Shown: positions 30,722 to 44,253, counted from the first letter of the stretch. The stretch is 64,000 bases of DNA from Candidatus Poriferihabitaceae bacterium (GCA_965214205.1 OZ243941.1:736154-800153), one strand, 5' to 3'. Numbers and translations: made by a program. Notes: generated from the letters alone by a model not told the origin.

Positions 30722-32136
30722 CAGCTAATCCTCTCTGGAACAGGTTTGACTTTTTCCGGGCTTATGAAAGCGGGCCGGATACCCAGTATGAAAAGTATCG
30801 CAATGGACAGAATCGTATAAACCAGTTTCAGGCCTGTGCCCGGACCTCCACTCCAGCCAAACCACCAGTAGAAAAGTGTCCCGGCAAACAGGGCTGCCGC
30901 TATCCAGAACAGAAGTTTCCCGACTATCGTCAACTCTTGGCCGGCAGAGCTGAAACTCGGATAGAGCAGGAAATACGCGAAATAGATCAACGTGAAAAAC
31001 TGCGCCATTATGGTCAGGTCCGTGGTCGGCGCCTTGGTACCCAGCCATCCCAGAATCAGGAAGGTGATTACAAAAAGCGCCAGCGAAAACCGGGTGGTCA
31101 GACCTTTGTACCGTATGGATTTGACCGGACTCTTGTCCAGCCACGGCAGGAAGAAGAACACGGCGACGGAAGCGAACATCACCAGTACCCCCCAGACCTG
31201 GGTGCCGGCAAAACTGGGTATTGCACGCAGGATCGCGTAGTAAGGCGTGAAGTACCATACCGGTGCGATATGTTCCGGGGTTTTCAATGGATTGGCTGGT
31301 TCATAATTGGGTTGCTCCAGGAAATACCCGCCCATTTCCGGCATGAAAAACACAATGGCGAAGAAGAAGGCCATGAACACAACCGTCCCCAGAACATCCT
31401 TGACCGTATAGTACGGATGAAAGGGGATGCCGTCGGCGGGCGCGTCTTCGCTCCACTGGTTGCCTTTCGGGCCTTTCTTGATCTCAATGCCATCGGGGTT
31501 GTTCGACCCGACTTTATGCAGGGAAACGATGTGCAGGAACACCAACCCGACCAGAACAAATGGAATCAGGTAATGAAGCGCGTAAAAACGGTTCAGGGTG
31601 ATGTCTGAAATCACGTAATCGCCCCGGATCCATTCCGACAACATGGGTCCGATCAAAGGCAGGGTCTCGAACAGATTCACGATAACCTGGGCGCCCCAGA
31701 AAGACATTTGGCCCCAGGGCAGCAGATAACCAAAAAAGGCGGTAGCCATCATCGCAAGATAGATGACCATGCCGAAAATCCAGATCAGTTCACGGGGATT
31801 CCGGTAGGAACCGTACAGCAGTCCGCGAAACATGTGCAGGTAAATGACGATAAAGAACATCGACGAACCGGTGGAGTGCATGTAACGCACGAACCAGCCA
31901 CCCCAGACATCGCGCATGATGTATTCGACGGAATCAAAGGCGAGACTGGCATCCGGCTTGTAGTTCATTGCCAGCAATATCCCGGTCACGATTTGCAGGG
32001 CCAATACTACTATCGCCAGGCCGCCGAAGAAATACCAGAAATTGAAGTTCTTTGGCGCGAAGTATTCGGTCATGTGTTCTTGCATGGCCTTGCGCGCCGG
32101 AAAGCGGTCGTCCAGCCAATTTATCAGGAATCGCAT
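30721..32136 (-). CDS. petB: cytochrome b of the bc1 complex (471 aa, with an extra hydrophobic segment near the C-terminus)
   Basis: YMHSTGSSMFF, PWGQMSFWGA and PEWYF-like (APVWYFTPYY) motifs. Start and stop share nucleotides with petA and petC. Confidence 0.9.
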   Translation of the reverse strand: MRFLINWLDDRFPARKAMQEHMTEYFAPKNFNFWYFFGGLAIVVLALQIVTGILLAMNYKPDASLAFDSVEYIMRDVWGGWFVRYMHSTGSSMFFIVIYLHMFRGLLYGSYRNPRELIWIFGMVIYLAMMATAFFGYLLPWGQMSFWGAQVIVNLFETLPLIGPMLSEWIRGDYVISDITLNRFYALHYLIPFVLVGLVFLHIVSLHKVGSNNPDGIEIKKGPKGNQWSEDAPADGIPFHPYYTVKDVLGTVVFMAFFFAIVFFMPEMGGYFLEQPNYEPANPLKTPEHIAPVWYFTPYYAILRAIPSFAGTQVWGVLVMFASVAVFFFLPWLDKSPVKSIRYKGLTTRFSLALFVITFLILGWLGTKAPTTDLTIMAQFFTLIYFAYFLLYPSFSSAGQELTIVGKLLFWIAAALFAGTLFYWWFGWSGGPGTGLKLVYTILSIAILFILGIRPAFISPEKVKPVPERIS

Positions 32137-32729
32137 TACGCCACCTCCCCGTCTTCACCGATCAACAACACGTCATCGGACAGATACTGATAGGGGGGCA
32201 CCACCAGATTGGTTGGCGCTGGCACTCCACTGTAAACCCGGCCCGCCAGATCGAATTTGGAACCATGGCAGGCGCACAGGAATCCGCCCTTCCAGTCATC
32301 ATCGAATGAGACCGCGCCGATTTCGGGCTGATATTTCGGAGAACATCCCAGATGGGTACAGATGCCGACCAGAACCAGTATATCGTCCTTGATGGATCGA
32401 AATGGATTGCGGGCATATTCGGGTTGTTGGTTCTGATCCGAATCCGGGTCCGCGAGCCGGTCATCCATGCTCGGCAGCAGGCCCAGGACTTCAGGCGAAC
32501 GCTTGATTATCCAGACCGGTTTCCCGCGCCATTCAACCGTGATCTGCTGGCCTGCTTCAATTTTGCTGATGTCCACCTCTACCGGAGCGCCTGCCGCCTT
32601 CGCCTTTTCGCTCGGCAACATACTGCCGGCAAACGGCACTGCCAATCCTGCCGCGCCCGCCAGGCCCACACCTGTGGTTGCGATAGTCAACAGGCGTCGC
32701 CGCCTGTTATCCACATGGTCGCCAGTCAT
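32136..32729 (-). CDS. petA: ubiquinol-cytochrome c reductase Rieske iron-sulfur subunit
   Basis: CTHLGC and CACHGS Rieske boxes with a Tat-like RRRLL N-terminus. Confidence 0.9.
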   Translation of the reverse strand: MTGDHVDNRRRRLLTIATTGVGLAGAAGLAVPFAGSMLPSEKAKAAGAPVEVDISKIEAGQQITVEWRGKPVWIIKRSPEVLGLLPSMDDRLADPDSDQNQQPEYARNPFRSIKDDILVLVGICTHLGCSPKYQPEIGAVSFDDDWKGGFLCACHGSKFDLAGRVYSGVPAPTNLVVPPYQYLSDDVLLIGEDGEVA

Positions 32730-32844
32730 GTTTAAACCTCTGAATCGGGAAAATTGTTTGACCTGTCCTGGACACCCTGCTCAATTCATGAATTCCTGAT
32801 GCGATTCCAGAATTGATTTGTACCCGGACCTTGAAAAACGCCAG

Positions 32845-32873
32845 ATTATACCAGAACCCGCAAATGATTCTAA
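32845..32873 (-). promoter_or_regulatory. candidate sigma-70 promoter for petABC: TTAGAA-17 nt-TATAAT with TGn extended -10
   Basis: The minus strand reads TTAGAA(32873-68)...TGGTATAAT(-10 at 32850-45), about 115 nt upstream of the petA ATG. Confidence 0.45.
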
Positions 32874-32886
32874 AGTAATTCATTAT

Positions 32887-34152
32887 TCACTCCTCCAGCA
32901 ACCGTCTGGCTGATTCGGGTAACTGCTTTCTGGATCGGGCGCCAAGTTTATCGAGCTTGTCGATACGTTTGACGATGCTGCCTCTGGCGCCGGTATGTAG
33001 CCGGTTGCGCGCCTCGGTATAGCTTTCCTGTACCGACTGGATATTTTTGCCGAGCTTGTCGAGCGATTCGATCAGCAGCGCGAACTGATCATATAGCCCC
33101 CCGGCGCTGTCGGCGATCTGTTGCGCGTAACGGTTTTGTTTTTCATTGCGCCAGATGTTGGCGACGGTGCGAAGCGTTGGCATCAGTGTCGTGGTCGATA
33201 CGATCACAATGCCCTTGTTCCAGGCTTGCTGGAACAGCCCCGGCTCGGTTTGCAGGGCCAGAATCCAGGCCGGTTCGACCGGAATGAACATGAAGACGAA
33301 TTCCAGGCTGTGAACACTGTCGAGATTCTGGTAGGACTTCCCGGACAGGTTGGCGATATGTGATTTGATGGATGTCAGGTGGTCCTTCAGCGCCTGGGTC
33401 TGTTCCACTTCCTCGCTGGCGTTGAAGAAGGCTTCCCAGGCTTTCAGGGATACCTTCGCATCGACCACGATATCCTTGTTTTCAGGCAGATGAATGACGA
33501 CATCGGGTTGTTTGAGCCGACCGTCTTCGTCTCGATAACTGGCCTGGGTCTCGTACTCCCTGCCCTTTTCCAGGCCGGACTCTTCCAGCAACCGTTCCAG
33601 TACCATCTCCCCCCAGTTGCCCTGGGACTTGCTTTCGCCCTTGAGCGCGGTGGCAAGCTGCACCGCATCCTGACCAATCTGCCGGGCCTGCTTCTGTAGC
33701 TCAATGATCTGTCCCTGCAGACGGTTGCGGTCCTTCAGGTCTTCCTGATGGGTTTCGTTGACGCGCTTGCGGAAGGACTCGATCTCCTGTTTCAGCGGTT
33801 CGAGGCTGGAATCCAGGGTTCGTTTGCTGTCTTGATCAAATTTCTTGCGGCTTTCCTCGAACACGCGGTTTGACAATACCTCAAAATCCTTTTGCAGTTG
33901 TTCGCGGGAGCGGCCGATTTCCTGATTGAGTTCCTGGTAAAATTTCAGCTGTTCTTCGGAGCGTACTCCGGCAGTTGCAAGCTCAAGCCCGGTCTCGCGC
34001 AGCCTGTTCTGAACGGTGTCCAGCTCGGTTTGCAGCGCTGCTTTCTCCGTTTCCAGCCTGATTTTCCGGCGGCTGCTGGCAAGCCCACAGGCTACCAGCA
34101 ATATCGACAGTACGACCACCGCCACCCACAGCGAATATGAAATCATTTCCAT
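32887..34152 (-). CDS. rmuC: DNA recombination protein RmuC
   Basis: N-terminal TM helix, long coiled-coil, and C-terminal RmuC nuclease-like block (PDVVIHLPENKDIVVDAKVSL). Confidence 0.85.
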   Translation of the reverse strand: MEMISYSLWVAVVVLSILLVACGLASSRRKIRLETEKAALQTELDTVQNRLRETGLELATAGVRSEEQLKFYQELNQEIGRSREQLQKDFEVLSNRVFEESRKKFDQDSKRTLDSSLEPLKQEIESFRKRVNETHQEDLKDRNRLQGQIIELQKQARQIGQDAVQLATALKGESKSQGNWGEMVLERLLEESGLEKGREYETQASYRDEDGRLKQPDVVIHLPENKDIVVDAKVSLKAWEAFFNASEEVEQTQALKDHLTSIKSHIANLSGKSYQNLDSVHSLEFVFMFIPVEPAWILALQTEPGLFQQAWNKGIVIVSTTTLMPTLRTVANIWRNEKQNRYAQQIADSAGGLYDQFALLIESLDKLGKNIQSVQESYTEARNRLHTGARGSIVKRIDKLDKLGARSRKQLPESARRLLEE

Positions 34153-34366
34153 CAGGTAACCGGATTACGGGGAGTCGTATGTAACGGACAAACTGACCGC
34201 TCCCTTGCCAGCATGGTCGGGGTCTGGTCGAGGTCGTGAAATTCTGGCTATTGTGCGGTACACTGTCGGGTTCATCGGGCCACTCGGGAAACGCAATCAT
34301 GCCACGAGATGCGCCCCTGTTCAATTTGTAATCTTGATAATGTGGGCTGCCTGGAGAGCCAATTCC

Positions 34367-34642
34367 ATGACACGACAGGTGAACTGTACAAAACTCGGCA
34401 AGCAAGCCGAAGGGCTGCCGCGTCCGCCCTGGCCTGGAGAGCTGGGTCAGAAAATATTTGATCAGATATCGAAGGAAGCCTGGCAGGAGTGGTTGCGCCA
34501 GCAAACCATACTGATCAACGAGTACAAGCTCAATCCGCTGGATGCCAGCCACAAGAAATATCTGGCCAGCCAGATGGAAGCCTGGTTGTTTGGTGACGGC
34601 ATCGTATTGCCGGACGCATGGAAAGCGCAATCGGAATCGTAA
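34367..34642 (+). CDS. yggX: Fe(2+)-trafficking protein YggX
   Basis: MTRQVNCTKLGKQAEGL...PGELGQKIFDQISKEAWQEW...INEYKLN. An SD (GGAGAG) lies upstream of the ATG at 34367. Confidence 0.85.
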   Translation: MTRQVNCTKLGKQAEGLPRPPWPGELGQKIFDQISKEAWQEWLRQQTILINEYKLNPLDASHKKYLASQMEAWLFGDGIVLPDAWKAQSES

Positions 34643-34646
34643 GGTC

Positions 34647-35374
34647 GTGAGATCCCTGCTCACAATTTTCCTGGTGGTTCTGGTCGTCCCGGTGGTGGCG
34701 GCAAAAAGTCCGGGTATCGAGGCTCCAATCCGGGTGGACATCCATGCGATTCCAGTTTGTTATGACTTTGGTTGCAAGAGTAGCACAGTGGTCAATCTGC
34801 CTGTGGATGAATGGCGCGAGGTTGCAGACTGGTTCGCTGTGGCAGCGCCCACTCCGCAACAGGAGCGCCAACAGATCAAGCAGGCTATCGGCTGGATGGA
34901 AGTCCTGATCGGGCGCCATACTCCGACCCACAAGGACCTGGCCTTTAATTTGCCGGTCGGACAGGACGGCCTGTCCGATCTGTTTCCGGGTCAGCAGGAC
35001 TGTATTGATGAAGCGGTCAATACCACCACCTATCTGCGCCTGCTGGAACAACAAGGGCTGTTGCGACACCATGTTGTCATCAAACAGGCTTACCGCAAGG
35101 CTCTGTTTGACCAGCACTGGGCAGGACAGATTCGGGAAATCGTTTCCGGCAAGCGCTATGTGGTGGATTCCTGGTTTCAACCCAACGGCTACCTGCCGAT
35201 TATTCAAAACAGCCCGGACTGGGAGGATATCAGGCCGCTGAGTGCGCTGGTAGATAATTCGCGAAGGGGTGAAACTCCGGATGCCGGTGGCGATGCTCCG
35301 GTCGATGCGGGCAACCGTTGCGATTCCAATTGTCAGCGTGACAAAAGGGATGCACAAACTCAGAACAGGAAATA

Positions 35375-35375
<1 letters not shown>
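34647..35375 (+). CDS. exported hypothetical protein (possible transglutaminase-like Cys-His-Asp fold)
   Basis: GTG start followed by signal-peptide-like [16 protein letters not shown]. The Cys119/His157/Asp174 arrangement is inference only. Confidence 0.55.
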
Positions 35376-38569
<3,194 letters not shown>

Positions 38570-38586
38570 CCATCGGCGCGGATCTG

Positions 38587-39627
38587 ATGTATTCACTGGC
38601 CAGAGCGATTCTTTTCAGATTCGAGGCTGAAACCAGTCACCATCTGGCAATCAGGGGACTGGCCCTGGCCTCCCGGTCGAAAATCCTGTCGGGCGTGACC
38701 GCCGCAATGATGGGCGTTGGCAGTCAGACCAGGAACCGGCGCCGTCCGCTCAAGGTCATGGGCATTGAGTTTCCCAACCGGGTGGGGCTGGCCGCGGGTC
38801 TTGACAAGGACGCGGTGGCCTGCAACGCGCTTCACAGGCTGGGTTTCGGATGGCTTGAACTCGGTACGGTGACCCCCGCGCCGCAGCCGGGACAGCCGAA
38901 ACCGAGGATGTTCCGATTGTCCGAACATGACGCCGTGATCAATCGACTGGGATTCAACAGTTCGGGGCTGGACCGGTTTATTCATAATATCGAAAAGTCG
39001 GACCCGTCCATTGTCAAGGGGATCAATATCGGCAAGAATTCCTCCACCCCGATCAACGAAGCGGTGCAGGATTATCTCCAGGGATTGCAGCGGGTGCATG
39101 CTTATGCGGATTATGTTGCGATAAATATCTCATCGCCGAACACGCAAAACCTGAGAGACCTGCAACAGTATGAAATGCTGGATACGCTGCTGCACAGCCT
39201 GAACCGTAAACGCCAGGAATTAGCGGACAGCTCCGGCAAAAGAATTCCCCTGATTCTGAAAATATCTCCGGATATTTCCGTATCTGGAGTCGATGCCATC
39301 ACGGAGCTATTGAGAAAATATCAGATAGACGGAGTCTGCGCGGCCAATACCACGGTTTCCAGAGAACAGATCGGCTCGCATCCCCTTGCCGGCGAGGCGG
39401 GCGGCCTGAGCGGTCCGCCGCTGCAAGCCTTATCAACCGGGATCATTTCAGCCCTACACAAAAATCTGCAGGGAGAAATCCCGATCATTGGTGTGGGCGG
39501 GATTCACGATGCAGACTCGGCGCAGGAAAAATTCGATGCCGGCGCCAGCCTGGTTCAGCTTTATACCGGATTGATCTATCGGGGGCCGAAGCTGATCCGC
39601 GAAATCCTGGAACAATGTGGGGATTGA
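38587..39627 (+). CDS. pyrD: dihydroorotate dehydrogenase (quinone), class 2
   Basis: GFGWLELGTVTP, AINISSPNT and IGVGGI motifs, with start at MYSLARA. Confidence 0.9.
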   Translation: MYSLARAILFRFEAETSHHLAIRGLALASRSKILSGVTAAMMGVGSQTRNRRRPLKVMGIEFPNRVGLAAGLDKDAVACNALHRLGFGWLELGTVTPAPQPGQPKPRMFRLSEHDAVINRLGFNSSGLDRFIHNIEKSDPSIVKGINIGKNSSTPINEAVQDYLQGLQRVHAYADYVAINISSPNTQNLRDLQQYEMLDTLLHSLNRKRQELADSSGKRIPLILKISPDISVSGVDAITELLRKYQIDGVCAANTTVSREQIGSHPLAGEAGGLSGPPLQALSTGIISALHKNLQGEIPIIGVGGIHDADSAQEKFDAGASLVQLYTGLIYRGPKLIREILEQCGD

Positions 39628-39671
39628 AGCCGGTCGGGGCAATTCTGATCGGGTCTGCGAAGCCGGATGAT

Positions 39672-40379
39672 TCAGACAACAGGGCCGAAAAGCTGAATGT
39701 AGCCGTCGTAACTCATTCGCAACGCGACATACAGGATGATAAACAGCCCCAGATAACCGATCCAGCGGTGTTTTTGCAGGATATCCGCGATCACGGCCGC
39801 GGCTATGGTCATGAATACGACTGAAAGCGCCAAGCCGAAAACCAGTATCCCGGTATGCCCGTCCGCAATCGCCGCAACCGCGAGGACATTGTCGAGTGAC
39901 ATCGAAACGTCGGCTACCACAATCTGGGAAATGGCCGAGCGCAACGGCGGGTTTTGTTCGCCCGCGCCTGCGTCCTGATTCTCTCCTTCAGGAATCACTG
40001 GCGGTTCGTGAGGGTGGCGCAGGTCCTGCCACAGTTTCCAGCAGATCCAGAGCAGCAGCAGACCCCCGACCAGCAGCAGCCCCTTGATAGCCAGTAACTG
40101 CACTGTAATCAGGGCGAAGACGATTCTGAGGATGACCGCGACCCCGACGCCGTACAGAATCACTTTTCGACGGTAATCCTTGCTGAATTTTGCGGCGACA
40201 AGCCCGATAATGATGGCGTTGTCGCCCGCCAGCACCAGATCCACAAATATGATCTGGACGAGTTTCAGAAACTGATCTGCAAGATCCAATGGAATGACCC
40301 TGGAAAAAGGATTCCTTTTAACTGCTGTTGCCACGGAAAGCAAGAAAAACAGCAGCCCAACCTGTTCTCGGGTCATCAT
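39672..40379 (-). CDS. TerC/YjbE-family integral membrane protein
   Basis: VLAGDNAIIIG and SLDNVLAVA duplicated TerC motifs. The start is uncertain (the ORF extends to 40424, only 3 nt from the divergent MFS start). Confidence 0.75.
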   Translation of the reverse strand: MMTREQVGLLFFLLSVATAVKRNPFSRVIPLDLADQFLKLVQIIFVDLVLAGDNAIIIGLVAAKFSKDYRRKVILYGVGVAVILRIVFALITVQLLAIKGLLLVGGLLLLWICWKLWQDLRHPHEPPVIPEGENQDAGAGEQNPPLRSAISQIVVADVSMSLDNVLAVAAIADGHTGILVFGLALSVVFMTIAAAVIADILQKHRWIGYLGLFIILYVALRMSYDGYIQLFGPVV

Positions 40380-40427
40380 AGCGCCCGGACTGCCGTGACG
40401 GAATCCATACTGTGATACTCTCAATCC

Positions 40428-41623
40428 ATGTACAAGAATATTTTTCTGTTATCGGCTTGTCAGGCCCTGATCATGGCTTCGACCTCCCTGAGCATGACTT
40501 CTTCGGCTCTGGTCGGCTTGTCAATCGCTCCGGCCAGAAACCTGGCTACACTGCCGTTGTCCATCAGTTTCCTCACCGTCATGGTTGCTCTGATTCCGGT
40601 TTCGTTGCTGATGCAGAGATACGGCAGGCGGGCCGGTTTTATCGCGGGCGGGTTGAGCGCCATTGCCGGCGGCCTGCTGGCAGCAGTGGCCATTATCCAG
40701 AGCAGCTTTGAGCTATTTTGCCTGTCTGCGGTTTTTCAGGGGGTTGCGATGTCAACCGCGCAGTTCTATCGGTATGCAGCTGCCGAGGTAGTGTCCGAAT
40801 CCTGGAAGAGCCGAGCGATCTCCTGGGTACTGGCGGGCGGCTGGTAGCCGCCTTCCTGGGACCGTGGATTGCCAGGGTTACCAGAGATATCCTGCCGGAC
40901 GCCCTGTTTGCGCTTTCATTCGCCTCCAATGCCGTTCTCGGACTCGGTGTTCTGATCTGTATGGTTTTTCTCAGAATACCGTTGCCGGATGTTACCCGAT
41001 CAACAGAAAAAGCGAGGCCGCTGATCCGGATTCTGCTGCTGCCCTCATTCATCGTTGCAGCGTTTTGTGCCACCATTGCCTATGGAACAATGAATCTGCT
41101 GATGGTTGCGACTCCGTTGGCAATGGATCATCATGATTTCAGTTTCGATCATACCGCAGCGGTCATTCAGTGGCATATCGTCGGTATGTTCGCGCCTTCA
41201 TTCTTTACCGGCCATCTGATCCACAGATTCGGCGTCCTTTCGGTGATGGCCGCGGGCGTGCTGATGTTGTTTCTGTGCACCACCCTGAATCTGGCAGGCG
41301 ATGACTATAATCTGTTTTTGACCGGTCTGATTATGCTTGGTATCGGTTGGAATTTCCTTTTTGTCGGCAGCACCACCCTGCTCACCGGGGTCCATCGGCA
41401 ATCCGAGAAAGGCCTGGTTCAGGGGATCAACGACTTTCTTGTTTTCAGCGGGGTTGCGTCCACGGCTCTGATGTCCGGATATCTGCACCATCAGATCGGC
41501 TGGCAGAATATGAACTACGGGGTCATGCCGGTTTTACTGCTCGCCGCATTTTCGATTACGACGCTGGGCGTCCTGCGCGCCAGATCATCGGTTGTCAAGC
41601 GTGACAATCAAACGGCTGCGTGA
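40428..41623 (+). pseudogene. MFS transporter interrupted by a 1-nt frameshift near 40836-40847
   Basis: The N-terminal 138 aa are in one frame and end ...ISWVLAGGW*. The continuation LVAAFLGPWIA... is in the -1 frame starting at 40841. Joined length is about 398 aa with 12 TM-like segments. Confidence 0.6.
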
Positions 41624-42079
41624 AAACAGGTCATGCCAGGCGAGTTTTTCAGGATGATAGATCGACCAGACGAACCCCGCGCCAACGGTTACCCACGAAA
41701 ATAACGCGGCAATAAAACGCAGCCATGCTGTTTCCCAGGTCACCGGCCGGGATTGATCCGGCGTCCGGTCGGGGTACATCGGCGTCAATTTTATCTTCCA
41801 TGCGCGCATACCCAGGGTCTGTCCGCCATGTCGCCAGAACCAGCCGAAGAACAGGAAACAGATCGCAAGCAGATAACCCAGTCGAATAGCCCTCCCCAAT
41901 ACCGGGTGCAGTGACTCCGGAATCAATGGCACAGGCTGCCATGCGAGAAATATCAGGCAGCACAACAAAACTGTGTCGTAAAGAATGGCCAGCAGCCGGC
42001 GCCACAACGGACAGGAACTGAAGTGGCCGGGGGCTGGTGTGACGGATTGCATGATCTGGCTTTTGAGCGGGTCGGGCAC
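41585..42079 (-). CDS. RDD family membrane protein
   Basis: WRRLLAILYDTVLL...GGQTLGMRAWKIKL is the typical RDD pattern. Its 3' end overlaps the convergent MFS gene by 39 nt. Confidence 0.7.
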   Translation of the reverse strand: MPDPLKSQIMQSVTPAPGHFSSCPLWRRLLAILYDTVLLCCLIFLAWQPVPLIPESLHPVLGRAIRLGYLLAICFLFFGWFWRHGGQTLGMRAWKIKLTPMYPDRTPDQSRPVTWETAWLRFIAALFSWVTVGAGFVWSIYHPEKLAWHDLFSRSRLIVTLDNR

Positions 42080-42089
42080 AGCGCTGTGG

Positions 42090-42884
42090 TCACTGACTGA
42101 CGCGCAATTTCCCGGTCAGCATCGACAGCACGAACAGGAGGGTTGCCGCAACCACGATAGACGGTCCCGCCGAACTGTTCAGCAACAGGGCGCCGCCGAG
42201 TCCAAGGACAATCGAGAGACAGCCGAACATACTGGCTAAAAAAGCCATCTGCTCCGGCGAATTGGAGAACTTTCTGGCGCATGCCGCCGGAATGATGAGC
42301 ATCGACACGATCAGCAGGACACCGACAACCTGCATCGAAACCGCGACTACAAAACTGAGTATAACCAGAAATATCAATCGGGTTCTCTTTTCCCGGACAC
42401 CGTCAATCAATGCTAGATCCGGCTGTATGATCAGCGAAAGTAACGACCGCCAGATGGTTCCGAGCAGGCCAATGATTATGATTCCACCTCCATAAATCCA
42501 GAAAACATCCCGCCAGCTAATCGACAGAATATCACCGAAAAGATAAGCCATCAGATCCATTCGCACGGTCGGTATCATGCTGAGAACAACAATACCGAAG
42601 GCCAGTGATGCGTGTGCCAGAATCCCCAGACTGGTATCCGCGGTCAGATCCCGGAAGCGATCCATGTACAACATCAGGAATGACAGCGCCACACACACCG
42701 CCACGATGGAAAAATAGAGGTTGATAGAGAAAAACAACCCCAGTACGACTCCCAGTAACGCGACATGCGACAGGGCAGCGCCGAAATAGACCATGCGTTG
42801 CCATACCATCAGACAACCCAGCGGCCCGCATATTGCGGCGACTCCAAGACCGCCAATCACCGACCGGACAATGAATTCGTCCAC
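42090..42884 (-). CDS. znuB: zinc ABC transporter permease ZnuB
   Basis: 264-aa polytopic ABC-3 family permease, with position after znuC. Confidence 0.85.
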   Translation of the reverse strand: MDEFIVRSVIGGLGVAAICGPLGCLMVWQRMVYFGAALSHVALLGVVLGLFFSINLYFSIVAVCVALSFLMLYMDRFRDLTADTSLGILAHASLAFGIVVLSMIPTVRMDLMAYLFGDILSISWRDVFWIYGGGIIIIGLLGTIWRSLLSLIIQPDLALIDGVREKRTRLIFLVILSFVVAVSMQVVGVLLIVSMLIIPAACARKFSNSPEQMAFLASMFGCLSIVLGLGGALLLNSSAGPSIVVAATLLFVLSMLTGKLRVSQ

Positions 42885-42886
42885 GG

Positions 42887-43666
42887 TCAGGCCGGGTTGT
42901 CGCCGGTGGTTTGGTTGGCCTGATCAGGCGGGCAAATGTCTCCATGCAAATTATGTTCGTGATCATGCAAATGGCGATAAATGCCCAGCGCTGCCGCACT
43001 TTCCTGGCTGAATAAATGGAGAAACTCCGGGTTTTCCTGCACGGTTTCCGGCTTTCCGGAACAGCAGATATGGCGATTCAGGCAGATCACTTTGTCGGTG
43101 GTGCCCATCACAATCTGGAGATTGTGGGAAACCAGGAGAACGCCACAGCGGGTTTTATCCCGTATGGATTGGATCAGGTTATACAGGCTCGCCTGTCCGC
43201 TGACATCGACGCCAGCAGTGGGTTCATCGAGAACCAGCAGACTGGGTGATTTTAATATCGCTCTTGCCAGTAGCACACGTCTCAGCTCCCCGCCGGAAAT
43301 GTCCTGCAAGGGTTTTCCTCCTAATCGTTCACCACCGACCATCTCAAGGGCTTGTGCCAGCTGACGCTTCCCCCGAATGCCTGAAAGTTGCAGAAACCGG
43401 GTCACATTGACAGGTATACTGCGGTCGAGATTGACCGATTGAGGGACGTAGCCGACACGAAGATCAGGACTTGTGGCGACCGAACCCCGGTCGGGTTGAA
43501 TGAGGCCGAGGGCGATTTTCACCAGACTGCTCTTACCCGCTCCGTTTGGTCCGACCAGGGTCACGATTTCATTTCTGGCGACAGACAGCCCGACATCATC
43601 AAGAATGGTTCCGTTGCCACGAAACAACGAGACATTTTGCAGATCAATGAGGGTTTCTGGCTGCAT
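42887..43666 (-). CDS. znuC: zinc ABC transporter ATP-binding protein ZnuC (His-rich C-terminal tail)
   Basis: GPNGAGKSS, SGGELRRVLLARA and LLVLDEP motifs. The tail is HLHDHEHNLHGD. I chose the ATG at 43666, downstream of the zur stop. Confidence 0.85.
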   Translation of the reverse strand: MQPETLIDLQNVSLFRGNGTILDDVGLSVARNEIVTLVGPNGAGKSSLVKIALGLIQPDRGSVATSPDLRVGYVPQSVNLDRSIPVNVTRFLQLSGIRGKRQLAQALEMVGGERLGGKPLQDISGGELRRVLLARAILKSPSLLVLDEPTAGVDVSGQASLYNLIQSIRDKTRCGVLLVSHNLQIVMGTTDKVICLNRHICCSGKPETVQENPEFLHLFSQESAAALGIYRHLHDHEHNLHGDICPPDQANQTTGDNPA

Positions 43667-43689
43667 GGACAGGTTCGACTTAAGACTGA

Positions 43690-44175
43690 CTAGACTCTGC
43701 AATTCGGGCAAAGGCCCAGAATTTCGATAGTTTGATGACTGATCTCCAATCCGGCCTTGTGAGCCTGACTGGAGATCGCACGTCTAATCACAGGGTCATC
43801 GAGCTCTACGACCTGATAACACTGGTTGCAGATCAGGAATTGGCCGACATGTTTTTGATCCGGGAAACCGCATCCAACATAAGCCCTGAGAGACTGGATT
43901 TTATGGATGAGTCTGTGTTTCAACAGAAAATCAAGCACCCGATAGACTGTAGGGGGCTGAGCATTGACTTTTTCATTACGCAGGGTTTCCAGCAATTCAT
44001 AAGCCAATACCGGCTTGTGGCTGTGCCAGACCAATTCAAGGACACGTTTACGAAGGTACGTAAAACGGACATTGTTTTTAATACAGATGGCCTGCGCTTT
44101 CTCCAGTGCCCCCTGGATACAGGAATCATGGTCATGTTTGACACTGAGGAAACGAGGAGAGTCGGGTGCAGTCAT
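43690..44175 (-). CDS. zur: Fur-family zinc uptake regulator Zur
   Basis: Winged-helix N-terminal domain, CNQC and CPNC Zn-site pairs, first gene of the zur-znuCB operon. Confidence 0.8.
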   Translation of the reverse strand: MTAPDSPRFLSVKHDHDSCIQGALEKAQAICIKNNVRFTYLRKRVLELVWHSHKPVLAYELLETLRNEKVNAQPPTVYRVLDFLLKHRLIHKIQSLRAYVGCGFPDQKHVGQFLICNQCYQVVELDDPVIRRAISSQAHKAGLEISHQTIEILGLCPNCRV

Positions 44176-44231
44176 GGATTCAACAGCAAAGATACAGAAG
44201 ACACTGGTAATTTGATTTGGTAAATTAATTT

Positions 44232-44253
44232 ATGTTATGATATATTATAACAT
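44232..44253. promoter_or_regulatory. candidate Zur box, 22-bp AT-rich palindrome ATGTTATGATATATTATAACAT
   Basis: 10 of 11 symmetric base pairs, centred in the 108-bp zur/znuA divergent intergenic region. It contains the TGTTAT/ATAACA half-sites of known Zur boxes. Confidence 0.65.

Noticed and set aside
40833-40847. Programmed ribosomal frameshifting in the MFS gene.
   Set aside because: There is no slippery heptamer and no downstream structure, and there is no precedent for MFS transporters. A 1-nt indel in a G/C run (mutation or assembly error) is the simpler explanation.
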